Below are positions 28,059 through 38,623 of a stretch of DNA of 64,000 bases, piece after piece; the first letter of the stretch is position 1, and the number at the start of each line of letters is the position of its first letter. The DNA lies in assembly GCA_044221555.1 (NCBI GenBank), contig JBGAOY010000004.1, positions 185,100-249,099 on the forward strand, in the 5' to 3' direction. The notes beneath the pieces are model-generated. The model made no database searches, was not told where the DNA came from, and saw only the letters and a program-made list of their open reading frames with translations. The position numbers were made by a program, and so were the translations under genes. This DNA comes from Acidimicrobiales bacterium (lineage in GTDB: Bacteria; Actinomycetota; Acidimicrobiia; Acidimicrobiales; DATDAH01).

Positions 28059-29141
28059 ATGGCGTCTGTCGTCACCATGAAGCAGTTGCTCGAGGCCGGT
28101 GTCCACTTCGGTCACCAGACCCGTCGGTGGAACCCCAAGATGAAGCGGTTCCTGTGGGGCGAGCGCAACGGCATCTACATCATCGACCTCGAAGAGACGC
28201 TGCGGCGCATCGAGACCTCGTACACCTTCGTGCGCGACCTCGTCGCCGACGGTGGCTCACTGCTCTTCGTCGGCACGAAGAAGCAGGCGCAGGACGGGGT
28301 GCAGTCCTACGCCGAGAAGTGCGGGATGCCCTATGTGAACCAGCGCTGGCTGGGCGGGATGCTCACCAACTTCGAGACCATCTCGAAGCGGGTGGGCAAG
28401 ATGCAGGAGTACGGCCGCATGCGCGACTCGGGCGAGTTCGCGGCCATGCCCAAGAAGGAGGCGCTGATCCTCGGCCGAGAGCTCGAGAAGCTCGAGCGCA
28501 ACCTCAGCGGCATCCGCAACATGACCAAGCGCCCGGCGGCGATCTTCGTGCTCGACACCAAGAAGGAGCACATCGCCGTCACCGAGGCCAACAAGCTCGG
28601 CATCCCGATCGTGGCGCTGGTCGACACGAACTGCGACCCGGACGTCATCGACTACGTGATCCCCGGCAACGACGACGCGATCCGATCGGGCAACCTGATG
28701 TGTCGCATCCTCGCCGATGCCGTGCAGGAGGGCCTCTACATCCGCTCGAAGCGCAACCCCGAGGTGGCGCCGGCGGTCGAGCGGTCGGCCGAGCAGGAAG
28801 CCGCAGTGGCCCAGCAGCAGGCCGAGGCCCGCCGCCAGGCCGCCGCCCAGGCCGCCGAGCGCGACGCCCGCCTCGCTGCGGCCAAGGCCGAGCAGGCCGC
28901 CGCCAAGGCGGCACCCGCGTCCGCTCCCGCGGAGGCAGCTGCCCCCGCCGAGACAGCTGCCCCCGTCGAGGTCGAGGCCGAGCCCGCCGCCGCGGAGGCT
29001 GCGGCTGCCCCGGCTGAGGCTGCGACGCCCGCCGAGGCCGAGGCCGTCGCCGACGCGGAGCCCGTCGCCGACGCGGAGCCCGTCGCCGCCGCCGAGGAAG
29101 CCGAAGCCGTCGACGCCGCGGACGCCCCCGCGGCCGAGTGA
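28059..29141 (+). CDS. rpsB: 30S ribosomal protein S2 with ~110-aa Ala/Glu/Pro-rich C-terminal extension
   Basis: [34 protein letters not shown]. Confidence 0.95.
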   Translation: MASVVTMKQLLEAGVHFGHQTRRWNPKMKRFLWGERNGIYIIDLEETLRRIETSYTFVRDLVADGGSLLFVGTKKQAQDGVQSYAEKCGMPYVNQRWLGGMLTNFETISKRVGKMQEYGRMRDSGEFAAMPKKEALILGRELEKLERNLSGIRNMTKRPAAIFVLDTKKEHIAVTEANKLGIPIVALVDTNCDPDVIDYVIPGNDDAIRSGNLMCRILADAVQEGLYIRSKRNPEVAPAVERSAEQEAAVAQQQAEARRQAAAQAAERDARLAAAKAEQAAAKAAPASAPAEAAAPAETAAPVEVEAEPAAAEAAAAPAEAATPAEAEAVADAEPVADAEPVAAAEEAEAVDAADAPAAE

Positions 29142-29354
29142 TCGACGCCACCGAACTCGTGGCCGGGCGGCCGATCTCGCCGCCTAGCCTCGAGGGAGGT
29201 GACGACGCCCGAGCGGTCCGTCTGATCGCTCGTCGCCGTGGCCACCACCACGGCGGCGGTGGGCGTCGCCCCGACCTGGACACGACGGTCCCTGGCCCCA
29301 TGCCCGGGCCCCGAACACCGCAACGAGACCACTGAGCCTGAGGAGGCCGACGCT

Positions 29355-30155
29355 GTGCCCGACTTCACCGCGAAAGACGTCCAAGCCCTGCGCCAGGCGA
29401 CCGGCGCCGGGATGATGGACGCGAAGCGCGCGCTGTCCGAGAACGACGGCGACGCCGAGGCCGCGGCCCAGTGGCTGCGCGAGAAGGGCCTGTCGAAGGC
29501 CGCCACCCGGTCGGACCGTGAGAACAACCAGGGCGCGGTGGCCATCGCCGTCGACACCGAGAACGTCGTCGCCACCATCGTCGAGCTCAAGTCCGAGACC
29601 GACTTCGTGGCCAAGTCCGACCAGTTCAAGGACCTCGCCCAGGAGATCGCCACCCTCGTGCTCGCCGACGGTGAGGAGGCCGCCGCTCAGAAGGCCGACG
29701 CCATCGACGAGCTCAAGGTCACGCTGAAGGAGAACATCGAGCTCGGGCGGGTCGTGCGGTTCGCGGCCGCCCCCGGCAACCTGCTCGACACCTACCTGCA
29801 CGTCCAGAGCGAGCGCGGGGTCAACGCCGTCCTGGTCGAGCTGGCCGGGGGCACCCCCGAGCTGGCCCACGACATCGCCGTGCACATCGCGTTCACCAAG
29901 CCCCGCTTCCTGACCCGCGACGAGGTGCCCGCCGACGAGGTCGAGGCCGAGCGCCACAGCCTCGAGGCCATCACCAAGGCCGAGGGCAAGCCCGAGCAGG
30001 CCTGGCCCAAGATCATCGAGGGCCGGCTCAACGGCTGGTACAAAGAGCGGGTGCTCCTCGACCAGGCCTTCGTCCGGGACGAGAAGCAGACCGTCAGCCA
30101 GCATCTCGGCGACGCCTCCATCGTGCGGTACGCGCAGGTCGTGATCGGCGGTTGA
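29355..30155 (+). CDS. tsf: Elongation factor Ts
   Basis: GTG 29355 follows [26 protein letters not shown]. Confidence 0.95.
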   Translation: MPDFTAKDVQALRQATGAGMMDAKRALSENDGDAEAAAQWLREKGLSKAATRSDRENNQGAVAIAVDTENVVATIVELKSETDFVAKSDQFKDLAQEIATLVLADGEEAAAQKADAIDELKVTLKENIELGRVVRFAAAPGNLLDTYLHVQSERGVNAVLVELAGGTPELAHDIAVHIAFTKPRFLTRDEVPADEVEAERHSLEAITKAEGKPEQAWPKIIEGRLNGWYKERVLLDQAFVRDEKQTVSQHLGDASIVRYAQVVIGG

Positions 30156-30243
30156 GCACCGTGGAGCCGGCCGGCGTGGCCCGGACCTACCCGCGGCGGC
30201 ACCGACGTGCCCACGGACTGGCCGGCCACCACGGGCGCGGCGC

Positions 30244-30984
30244 ATGAGCGACGCGGTGGTCGCGGCCGAACCCCGTTGGAAGCGGGTCGTGCTGAAGCTG
30301 TCGGGTGAGGCCTTCGCCGGGAGCGCCGGCTACGGCGTCGACGGCGTGATCGTCAAGCAGATCGCCGAGGAGATCGTCGAGGTCCGGCGCGAGCTGGCCG
30401 TCGACATCGCCATCGTGGTCGGCGGCGGCAACATCTGGCGGGGGATGACCGGCGCCGGCGCCGGGATGGACCGCGCCCAGGCCGACTACATGGGGATGCT
30501 CGCCACGGTGATCAACGCCCTGGCGCTGCAGGACACGCTCGAGCAGCTCGACCAACCCACCCGGGTGCAGACCGCGGTGCACATGTCGCAGATCGCGGAG
30601 CCCTACATCCGGCGCAAGGCCATCCGCCACCTCGAGAAGGGACGGGTCGTCATCTTCGCGGGGGGCACGGGCAACCCGTTCTTCACCACCGACACCACTG
30701 CGGCGCTGCGGGCGGCCGAGATCGATGCCGAGGCCATCTTGCGGGGCACCCACTCGGGCGTGGACGGCATCTACACCGACGACCCGAAGACCAACCCCGA
30801 GGCCACCCTGCTCACCGAGGTCACCTACATCGACGTGTTGAACCAGGGCCTCCGGGCCATGGACTCGACGGCCATCACCCTGTGCATGGACAACTCCATC
30901 CCCATCGTGGTGTTCGACCTGCTGGCGCGCGGCAACGTACGGTCCATCCTCGAAGGTAGGTCGATCGGTACGCTTGTCTCCTAG
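30244..30984 (+). CDS. pyrH: UMP kinase
   Basis: [12 protein letters not shown] and [10 protein letters not shown]. Confidence 0.95.
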   Translation: MSDAVVAAEPRWKRVVLKLSGEAFAGSAGYGVDGVIVKQIAEEIVEVRRELAVDIAIVVGGGNIWRGMTGAGAGMDRAQADYMGMLATVINALALQDTLEQLDQPTRVQTAVHMSQIAEPYIRRKAIRHLEKGRVVIFAGGTGNPFFTTDTTAALRAAEIDAEAILRGTHSGVDGIYTDDPKTNPEATLLTEVTYIDVLNQGLRAMDSTAITLCMDNSIPIVVFDLLARGNVRSILEGRSIGTLVS

Positions 30985-31053
30985 TGACCTCAACGACCCC
31001 GCCTGCGCCGCAGGCCACGCCGCGCCCGCGCCGACCTGACGAGGGGCCCGACC

Positions 31054-31623
31054 GTGTCTGAGGAGATGGTCGACCTCGTCCTCGACGACGTCACCGAGAA
31101 GATGGCCAAGGCCGTCCACCACGCCCGCCACGAGTTCTCCACGATCCGCACCGGCCGGGCCGCGCCGGCGCTGGTCGAGAAGCTCCCGGTCGACTACTAC
31201 GGCCAGGAGGTCCCGCTGCAGCAGTTGGCCGGCTTCTCGGTGCCCGAGGCGCGCCAACTGCTGATCTCGCCCTACGACAAGGGCTCGATGTCGGCGATCG
31301 AGAAGGCCATCCAGAACTCCGACCTCGGGCTCAACCCGAGCAACGACGGCCATGTCATCCGGCTGAGCTTCCCGCCGCTCACCGCCGAGCGCCGCCAGCA
31401 GCTCGTCAAGGTGGTCAAGCACATGGCCGAGGAGGGCCGGGTCGCCATCCGCAACCTCCGGCGCGCCGCCCGCCACGAGCTCGAGGCGTTCGACAAGGAC
31501 GGCGAGCTCACCCACGACGAGCTGGCCCGGGCGGAGAAGCGCCTCGACGAGATCACACACCGCGAGGAAGCGGCGATCAACAGCGCCCTGGAGCAGAAAG
31601 AGCAGGAGTTGCTCGAGGACTGA
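31054..31623 (+). CDS. frr: Ribosome recycling factor
   Basis: FSTIRTGRAAPALV and PPLTAERRQQLVK. Confidence 0.95.
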   Translation: MSEEMVDLVLDDVTEKMAKAVHHARHEFSTIRTGRAAPALVEKLPVDYYGQEVPLQQLAGFSVPEARQLLISPYDKGSMSAIEKAIQNSDLGLNPSNDGHVIRLSFPPLTAERRQQLVKVVKHMAEEGRVAIRNLRRAARHELEAFDKDGELTHDELARAEKRLDEITHREEAAINSALEQKEQELLED

Positions 31624-31664
31624 TGGGCCGACGACGCGTGACCGACCAGTAGCAGGAGGTTCCG

Positions 31665-33545
31665 GTGGACCAAGACTCCGGCGCACCACCAGAAGGCCAG
31701 GATCCCGAGAAGGTCGTTCGGGAGCCCACCGAGGGGGTGCGCATCATCGGTGCCGAGGAGGCAGCCGAGGCGGCCGGCCGACGTGACGTGGTGTCGCGTC
31801 TACCCGACGATCGCCCCAAGTTCGGCGATCGCCCCTCCACGGGCGCCGACACACCCCCGCCGCTGCGCTTCCCCGCGCCCGAGGCCTCTGATCCCAACTC
31901 GTTCGGTGCGGTGCCGATCATCTCCGCCGACACCCCGCCGCCGCCGGGCATCGGGGGCTCGACCGAGCCGATGCCCGACGAGACCGACGCCTTCGATGGC
32001 GGCGCTGACCGCGATCAGGGGGCGACGCTGGGCGCACCGGCGCCGACGGGGCCCTCCATGGCGTCGGACGAGGACGACCTCGGCCGCATGCTCGGCGGCC
32101 GCCGGGACCGCAAGGACGAACCGTCAGGGCGCCGCTCGCGGCGCGGCCGGCGCCGCTCGCGCCGGGACGAGCCCACCTCGTCGGGCTTCGAGGACCTGCT
32201 TCCCACCGAGGACGACCTGCCGCAGGCCGACGATCACGACCTTCCCCATTGGACCCGGCCGGCCACCGGCGAGGTGCCCAAGGTGCTCGCCACCGAGGGC
32301 GGCGACGAGGAGGTGTGGTCGGGCCTCGGCTCCCAGCCGCGCTGGCGCGACGACCACGGCCACGATGAGGTCGACGACTTCGCCGACCTCACCGACCAGA
32401 CCCACCTCGACACGGCGTCAGCCACACCCGGGGCACCGGCGGCGCCCGTGTTCGACGAGTTCGGCGAGATCCCTCCGCCCCCCGAGCGCCCTGCGCCCGC
32501 GCCGATCCCCACGCCGGCTCCCGGCCCGTCCGTCACCCCCGAGGACAACCTCCCACCACTCGGTGGCGAGGGCCCCGGGTCGTACGCGCCCACGGCCAAG
32601 CGTGGCGCCACCCCCGAACCGGAGCCCGAGCTCGAGCCCAGCCTCACGCCCGGCTCGCCCTATCCCGATGCCCGTCACGAGCCCGAGACCCTCGGCAGCG
32701 AGTTGGGCCACGACAACGGTGGGGGCGCGGGCCGCGATCTGCCGATGGCGGTCGGTGTGGGCGTCGGCCTGTTCCTCGGCTACCTGCTGCTGAACAAGAT
32801 CGGCACCTGGGCGGTCACCCTGCTGGTGCTCGTGGTGATCGTGATGGGTGTCATCGAGTTCTTCAACGCGGTGCGGCGCGTCGGCTACCACCCGGCGGTA
32901 CTGCCGGGCCTGGTCGGCACCGCGGCGATGGTGCTCGCCGTCCACTGGAAGGCCGAGGCCGCGTTCCCGCTGGTCACGTTCCTCACCCTCGTGGTGCTAA
33001 TGCTCTGGTACGTGATCGGGCTGCAGCACGAACGGGCGGTGGCCAACATCGGCATCACCTTCCTCGGCGTCATGTGGATCGGTGGCCTGGGCTCGTTCGC
33101 CGCGCTCATGTTGTCGTTGCCCAACGGGGAGGGGCTCCTGGGTGGCGCGGTGATCGCCACCATCGCCTACGACGTCGGCGCCTACGCGGTGGGCCGCCAG
33201 ATCGGCAAGACGCCGCTGTCGCCGTCGAGCCCGAACAAGACCATGGAGGGCCTGGCCGGCGGCGGCCTGGCCGCCGTGCTGGTGAGCGTGATCGTGCTGG
33301 GGGTGATCGGCGTGTTCCCGTGGCAGGTCAGCGACGCCTTCGTGCTGGGCCTGGCCGTGGCCATCGTGGCGCCACTCGGCGACCTGTGCGAGTCGATGCT
33401 CAAGCGCGACCTGGGCCTGAAGGACATGGGCTCGATCCTGCCGGGCCACGGCGGGCTGCTCGACCGCTTCGACGCGCTGCTGTTCGTGTTGCCCGTCACC
33501 TACTACGTGTACCGGTTGCTCGAGGTCTACACGAACACCAACTAG
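31665..33545 (+). CDS. cdsA: Phosphatidate cytidylyltransferase (CdsA) fused to a ~340-aa low-complexity N-terminal extension
   Basis: GTG 31665 lies 5 nt after AGGAGG. The C-terminal ~285 aa carry CdsA motifs (SPNKTMEGLAGG, ESMLKRDLGLKDMGSILPGHGGLLDRFD). Confidence 0.85.
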   Translation: MDQDSGAPPEGQDPEKVVREPTEGVRIIGAEEAAEAAGRRDVVSRLPDDRPKFGDRPSTGADTPPPLRFPAPEASDPNSFGAVPIISADTPPPPGIGGSTEPMPDETDAFDGGADRDQGATLGAPAPTGPSMASDEDDLGRMLGGRRDRKDEPSGRRSRRGRRRSRRDEPTSSGFEDLLPTEDDLPQADDHDLPHWTRPATGEVPKVLATEGGDEEVWSGLGSQPRWRDDHGHDEVDDFADLTDQTHLDTASATPGAPAAPVFDEFGEIPPPPERPAPAPIPTPAPGPSVTPEDNLPPLGGEGPGSYAPTAKRGATPEPEPELEPSLTPGSPYPDARHEPETLGSELGHDNGGGAGRDLPMAVGVGVGLFLGYLLLNKIGTWAVTLLVLVVIVMGVIEFFNAVRRVGYHPAVLPGLVGTAAMVLAVHWKAEAAFPLVTFLTLVVLMLWYVIGLQHERAVANIGITFLGVMWIGGLGSFAALMLSLPNGEGLLGGAVIATIAYDVGAYAVGRQIGKTPLSPSSPNKTMEGLAGGGLAAVLVSVIVLGVIGVFPWQVSDAFVLGLAVAIVAPLGDLCESMLKRDLGLKDMGSILPGHGGLLDRFDALLFVLPVTYYVYRLLEVYTNTN

Positions 33546-33726
33546 CGGCGCTGGTCCGTGCGCCGTGGAGCGACCTGACCCGTCACCGACCGCCCGCACC
33601 GACACCTGGCCGGCACCTGGCCGGCACCCCGCCGGCGTCCCCGGCTGCCGGCGTGCGGTCGCTCGTCCACAGGGGGCGGGCCGCGCCCGGCCACCCCCGA
33701 CGGCCACCGCGCTCTACCCTGAGGCC

Positions 33727-34890
33727 ATGACGACCCGGGTTGCGGTCATGGGCTCGACGGGGTCGATCGGCACGCAGACCCTCGAGGTCGTGGCCGCCGA
33801 GGCCGGCGACTACGAGGTGGTGGCGCTCGGGGCGTCCTCGTCGGTCGACCTGCTGGTGGCACAGGCCAAGGCCGTGCGCCCGGCGGTGGTGGCCATCGCC
33901 GACGGGTCGCGGGCCGCGGCCGTGGCCGACGGCGTGCCTCCCGGCACCGAAGTGCTGTCCGGGCCCGATGCGCTGGCCGAGGCCTGCCGCGACGCCGACG
34001 TGATCGTGAACGGGGTCGTCGGCTTCGCCGGCCTGTCCGTCACCCTGGCCGCGCTCGAGGGCGGCCGGCGCCTGGCGCTGGCCAACAAGGAGTCGCTCAT
34101 CGCGGCCGGCCCCGTGGTGGCCAGGGCCCGCGCCACGCCGGGGGCCGAGCTGGTGCCCGTCGACAGCGAGCACTGCGCGGTCCACCAGTGCCTCCGGGCC
34201 AACGACAACGCCGACCGGCTCGATCGCATCGTCCTCACCGCCAGCGGCGGGCCCTTCCGTGGGCGGACCCGGGACGAGCTGGCCGACGTCACGATCGACG
34301 ACGCGCTCGCGCACCCCACCTGGAGCATGGGCCCGAAGATCACCGTCGACTCGTCCACGCTCATGAACAAGGGCCTCGAGGTGATCGAGGCCCATGAGCT
34401 GTTCGGCGCCCCCTACGACCGGATCGAGGTGGTGGTGCACCCGCAGTCGATCGTGCACTCGATGGTGGAGTTCACCGACGGCGCCACCATCGCCCAACTG
34501 TCGCTGCCCGACATGCGCCTGCCGATCGGCTACGCGCTGGCCTACCCCGACCGCATCGGCACCCCGTTCGGCCGCATCGACTGGTCGGCGCTCGGCCGGC
34601 TCGACTTCGAGCCCCCCGACCACGAGGCGTTCCCCTGCCTGGGTCTGGCGTACGAGGCGGGCCGGGCCGGCGAGACCGCCCCGGCCTGGCTGAACGCCGC
34701 GAACGAGGTGGCCGTGGCCGCGTTCCTCGACGGCCTCATCCCCTGGTCCGCGATCGCCGACGTTCTCAAAGCGACCCTCGACCGGCATGATGGAACGAAA
34801 GCCACGTCGGTGGACGTTGTGATCGACGTGGACCAGCGGGCCCGCATCGAAGCCCGGCACGTCATCGAGAGGACCTACTGCGCATCATGA
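33727..34890 (+). CDS. dxr: 1-deoxy-D-xylulose-5-phosphate reductoisomerase
   Basis: VAVMGSTGSIGTQTL, LANKESL and DSEHCA. Confidence 0.95.
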   Translation: MTTRVAVMGSTGSIGTQTLEVVAAEAGDYEVVALGASSSVDLLVAQAKAVRPAVVAIADGSRAAAVADGVPPGTEVLSGPDALAEACRDADVIVNGVVGFAGLSVTLAALEGGRRLALANKESLIAAGPVVARARATPGAELVPVDSEHCAVHQCLRANDNADRLDRIVLTASGGPFRGRTRDELADVTIDDALAHPTWSMGPKITVDSSTLMNKGLEVIEAHELFGAPYDRIEVVVHPQSIVHSMVEFTDGATIAQLSLPDMRLPIGYALAYPDRIGTPFGRIDWSALGRLDFEPPDHEAFPCLGLAYEAGRAGETAPAWLNAANEVAVAAFLDGLIPWSAIADVLKATLDRHDGTKATSVDVVIDVDQRARIEARHVIERTYCAS

Positions 34891-36287
34891 GCGCCACGGA
34901 CACCAACCAGGACGAGGGCCCTCCGTCGGGCGACGAGTCCGATCGGGTCGCGTTCGGCCTGAACGACGTGGCCGTGCCCGGCCAGGGTGCGACCCCCAAC
35001 GAGGCGCCCCCCGAGATCGTCCAGGTCGTGCAGTCGAACCCGTTGCGACTGCTCGCGGTGATCGCCGCCGTCGTGGCCCTCGGGGTGTTCGTCAGCCTGC
35101 CGGCGGTCATCGTGGTGCTGGCCCTGGTCTTCATGATCTTCATGCACGAGCTGGGTCACTACCTCACCGCCCGCCGGGCCGGGATGTTGGTGACCGAGTT
35201 CTTCATCGGCTTCGGCCCCCGCATCTGGTCGTTCAAGAAGGGCGAGGTCGAGTACGGCCTGAAGGCCATCCCTGCCGGCGCCTACGTGCGCATCATCGGC
35301 ATGAACAACCTGGAGGAGGTCGACCCGGTCGACGAGCCCCGCACGTATCGCCAGCAGCCGTTCTGGCAGCGGTTCTCGGTGGCGGTCGCGGGCTCGACGA
35401 TGCACTTCCTCATGGCGTTCCTGCTGCTGTTCACGATCTTCGTGGGGTTCGGTGAGCGGAACCTGTCGGTGTGGACGATCGACCAGATCACCCCCTCCGA
35501 GGGCCTCACCCAGGACGGCGAGCCGGTCGAGAGCCCCGCGGTGGTCGCGGGCCTGCAACCGGGCGATCGCATCATCCGGGTCGACGACGACCCCATCGAC
35601 GAGTTCACCGACCTCAAGGACGCGATCGAGTCGCGTCCCGGCGAGACGGTGACCCTGGTCATCCGCCGCGACGGCGAGACCGTCGAGGCCACCACCACCC
35701 TGTTGGCCAACGGCCCCGACGGTGCCGCCGAGGGATTCCTCGGCGTGTCGGGTGACTCGCCCCGTCAGCGCCTCGGCGTGTTGCCGGCGGCCCGGCGGGC
35801 CGGCAGCGAATTCGTGACGATCGCGACGCAGTCGGTGGTCTCCCTCGGCCGGTTCTTCTCGCCCAGCGGCATCTCCAACTTCGTCGACCAGGCCATGAAC
35901 GCGAACGACGCGGAGGAGCCGGCGCCGAGCACGGGTCAGCCGGCGTCGAACGCCGATGACAACCGCATCGTCTCCATCTACGGTGCCGCCCGCATCGGCA
36001 CCCAGGCCACCCAGGCCGGGATCGTCTCGCTGCTGTTCTTCCTGGCGCTCATCAACATCTTCATCGGGGTGTTCAACCTCGTGCCGCTGCTTCCCCTCGA
36101 CGGGGGCCACGTGGCCATCGCCATCTACGAGAAGTTCAAGGAGTGGCGCATCGGCAACCATCGCCGCTACTTCGTCGACGTGGCCAGGCTGCTCCCGGTC
36201 ACCTACGGCGTGGTCGCCGTGCTGATCAGCATCGGTGTGCTGGCGCTGTACCTCGACATCGCCAACCCCATCAACCTGCCCAACTAG
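34887..36287 (+). CDS. M50 site-2 zinc metalloprotease (RseP/Rip1-like) with PDZ domain
   Basis: ATGA overlap with dxr. HELGHY and NLVPLLPLDGGH. Confidence 0.9.
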   Translation: MSATDTNQDEGPPSGDESDRVAFGLNDVAVPGQGATPNEAPPEIVQVVQSNPLRLLAVIAAVVALGVFVSLPAVIVVLALVFMIFMHELGHYLTARRAGMLVTEFFIGFGPRIWSFKKGEVEYGLKAIPAGAYVRIIGMNNLEEVDPVDEPRTYRQQPFWQRFSVAVAGSTMHFLMAFLLLFTIFVGFGERNLSVWTIDQITPSEGLTQDGEPVESPAVVAGLQPGDRIIRVDDDPIDEFTDLKDAIESRPGETVTLVIRRDGETVEATTTLLANGPDGAAEGFLGVSGDSPRQRLGVLPAARRAGSEFVTIATQSVVSLGRFFSPSGISNFVDQAMNANDAEEPAPSTGQPASNADDNRIVSIYGAARIGTQATQAGIVSLLFFLALINIFIGVFNLVPLLPLDGGHVAIAIYEKFKEWRIGNHRRYFVDVARLLPVTYGVVAVLISIGVLALYLDIANPINLPN

Positions 36288-36298
36288 GCCCCGGCGTC

Positions 36299-37606
36299 AT
36301 GCCCGAACCGCAGGCCCACAGTCGCTACCCGCGTCGCGAGACCCGCCAGATCGTCCTGCCCCACCCGTCGCGCCCGGTCGCGGTGGGGGGCGACGCGCCG
36401 ATCACCGTGCAGTCGATGACGATCACCAAGACCGCCGACGTCGAGGGCACCCTGCAGCAGATCTACGCCCTGGCCGGCGCCGGCGCCGACATCGTGCGCT
36501 GCACGTGCAACGAGCTGGAGGCGGCCGAGGGCCTGGCCCAGATCGTGCCCCGCTCGCCGGTGCCGATCGTGGCCGACATCCACCACCAGTACAAGATGGC
36601 CCTGGCTGCCCTCGAGGCCGGCGTGCACTGCCTGCGGCTCAACCCGGGCAACATCCGCAAGCCCACCCACATCAAGCTGGTGGCTCAGGAGTGCAAGGAC
36701 CGGGGCATCCCCATCCGCATCGGGGTGAACGGCGGCTCGCTGCACCCCGACCTGTACAAGAAGTACGGCGACCGCATCGTGCCCGAGGCGCTGGTGGAGT
36801 CGGCCCAGATGGAGCTGGCCTACTTCGACGAGATCGGCTTCGACGACGTGAAGATCTCGGTCAAGGCGTCGAACGTGCCGCTCATGATCGAGGCCTACCG
36901 CCAGCTCTCCGAGGTGACCGACCACCCGCTGCATCTCGGGGTGACGGAGGCGGGGCCGCCGCCGGCGGGCCTCATCAAGGCCACCGCGGGGTTGGCCACG
37001 CTGCTGTCCGAGGGCATCGGCGACACCATCCGCTACTCGCTCACCGCCGACCCGGTGGAGGAGGCCCGCGCCGGCCGCCAGCTGTTGGAGGCCATGGGCC
37101 TGCGTGAGCGCACCGGTCTCGACCTCATCGCCTGCCCGTCGTGCGGCCGGGCCGAGGTGGACGTGATCGCGGTGGCCAAGGCCGCCCAGGACGCCTTCGC
37201 CGACCGCAAGTGGCCCATCCAGGTGGCGGTGATGGGCTGCGTCGTCAACGGCCCGGGCGAGGCCCGCGAGGCCGACCTGGGCATCGCCGCCGGCCGCAAG
37301 CGCGGCCACCTGTTCGTGAAGGGCAACGTGGTGAAGGTGGTGCCCGAGGACGAGATGGTCGACGCGCTGCTCGAGTGGGCCGAGCTCATCGTCACCGACG
37401 GCGTCGAGGCGGCCTTGGCGCAGGCCGACAAGGGTGCCGCCGCCGAGGCCGAGAAGGACCGTCTGTCCCTGCTCGACGAGCAGGGCCTCGACGCCAACGC
37501 CAGCGAGCAGCGCGTCGATCTGATCCACAAGATCACCGATGGTGAGCCGCCGGACGACGACGACGTCGATGGCGGCGACAGTCCCAACGGGCGCCCGACG
37601 GCCTGA
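36299..37606 (+). CDS. ispG: 4-hydroxy-3-methylbut-2-enyl diphosphate synthase (IspG/GcpE) with acidic C-terminal tail
   Basis: APITVQSMT, RLNPGNI, and CPSCGR...GCVVNGPGE. Confidence 0.95.
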   Translation: MPEPQAHSRYPRRETRQIVLPHPSRPVAVGGDAPITVQSMTITKTADVEGTLQQIYALAGAGADIVRCTCNELEAAEGLAQIVPRSPVPIVADIHHQYKMALAALEAGVHCLRLNPGNIRKPTHIKLVAQECKDRGIPIRIGVNGGSLHPDLYKKYGDRIVPEALVESAQMELAYFDEIGFDDVKISVKASNVPLMIEAYRQLSEVTDHPLHLGVTEAGPPPAGLIKATAGLATLLSEGIGDTIRYSLTADPVEEARAGRQLLEAMGLRERTGLDLIACPSCGRAEVDVIAVAKAAQDAFADRKWPIQVAVMGCVVNGPGEAREADLGIAAGRKRGHLFVKGNVVKVVPEDEMVDALLEWAELIVTDGVEAALAQADKGAAAEAEKDRLSLLDEQGLDANASEQRVDLIHKITDGEPPDDDDVDGGDSPNGRPTA

Positions 37607-37837
37607 GCCCGCGCACCCTAGCCATGGCGAGCCACGAGCCGACTCGGTGATCTGCCAAGGCGCTCCAAGCGGCCGGCAAGGATTCGCGTGGAGGACCCTG
37701 GCATGAACGACAACGGCACGCTGATCCGCGCGGCCGCCTTCGCCCACGTCGAGGACCTCGCTGACGCGCGGTCGATCGATCCCTGAGCGCCACGCCGGAG
37801 GCGTGGGCGGGGGCCGTCCGATGTGGTTGTCGGAGCG

Positions 37838-38218
37838 TCAGATCTCGATCAGCGTGAGGGCGGGGTCGAGATGTCGGAGGTCGTCGCCGTCGGAGGTGGC
37901 GACCGCGTGGCCCGAGCGACGGGCACAGACCACCACGTGAGCGTCGGCGATGTCTGCCGAGTCGGTGGTGGCGAGGAGCTGACCGACGAATGACGCATCG
38001 GCGCGGTCAAGCGGAGCGGTCGTGGTGTTCGGTTGGCGCAGGAGGCGCATGAGCCTGGCTTGTCGAGGCGGCGACCGGAGGACCTGGGCCAAGGCGGTTG
38101 CGGGGACGAGCACTTCGTCGCCGGCTTCTCGTGCCCGAGCGATCAGCGCGAGTGCTCGCCGGTCCCCACGCTCGACGCCGATCAGGGCGCCGGCATCGAG
38201 CGTGATGCCGGTGGTCAT
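37838..38218 (-). CDS. vapC: PIN-domain toxin (VapC-like)
   Basis: 126 aa. Acidic residues in LDAGALI (N-terminus), ...DAHVV... and ATSDGDD. ATGA overlap with the upstream antitoxin. Confidence 0.75.
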   Translation of the reverse strand: MTTGITLDAGALIGVERGDRRALALIARAREAGDEVLVPATALAQVLRSPPRQARLMRLLRQPNTTTAPLDRADASFVGQLLATTDSADIADAHVVVCARRSGHAVATSDGDDLRHLDPALTLIEI

Positions 38219-38478
38219 GCGACGGTGCGGCCCGGCGCGCCCAGCGCCGCGTCAGCCCATTGCCGCTCTTCGTCGGTAAGGGGTCCTCCGGTCGCCGCGA
38301 GGGCTTCGTCCAACGTCCGCTCCCAGCCCGCCACGTCGTCGAGCGCCAACGCGATGGCGTGCTGGGTGAAGGCCGACACGGATCTCGTCCGACCGCCGTC
38401 GACGAGGGCGCGGATCGCGGCGAGCTGTTCCTCGGGGACAGTCACCGTGATCTTCCTGGATGCCATATCGAAACCCAT
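38215..38478 (-). CDS. vapB: Ribbon-helix-helix (CopG-like) antitoxin (VapB-like)
   Basis: KITVTVPEEQLAAIRALV is a beta-strand plus helix pattern typical of RHH. ATG 38478 lies 9 nt after AGGAG (alternative ATG at 38466). Locally lower GC. Confidence 0.65.
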   Translation of the reverse strand: MGFDMASRKITVTVPEEQLAAIRALVDGGRTRSVSAFTQHAIALALDDVAGWERTLDEALAATGGPLTDEERQWADAALGAPGRTVA

Positions 38479-38623
38479 ACTAGATCGCTCCTTCGATGCT
38501 GGACCTCGGAAGAAGGTTGCCCCGAGGGTCTGACAGCTCGAGCCGACCTGATCGCCCGCTCTGTCGGTCGTCGTGGACCGCGCCGCTCCCATGGTGCGTT
38601 CCCTCAACGACCGTCGCTGGGGG

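Noticed and set aside
33603-33624. 11-bp direct repeat CACCTGGCCGG x2 in the cdsA-dxr spacer
   Set aside because: It is short, GC-rich and easily arises by chance in this composition. There is no associated structure or gene.
37703-37786. 27-codon ORF (MNDNGTLIRAAAFAHVEDLADARSIDP) with a GGAGGA SD between ispG and vapC
   Set aside because: It is too short and featureless to call. It is possibly the remnant 5' end of a gene destroyed by the TA insertion.
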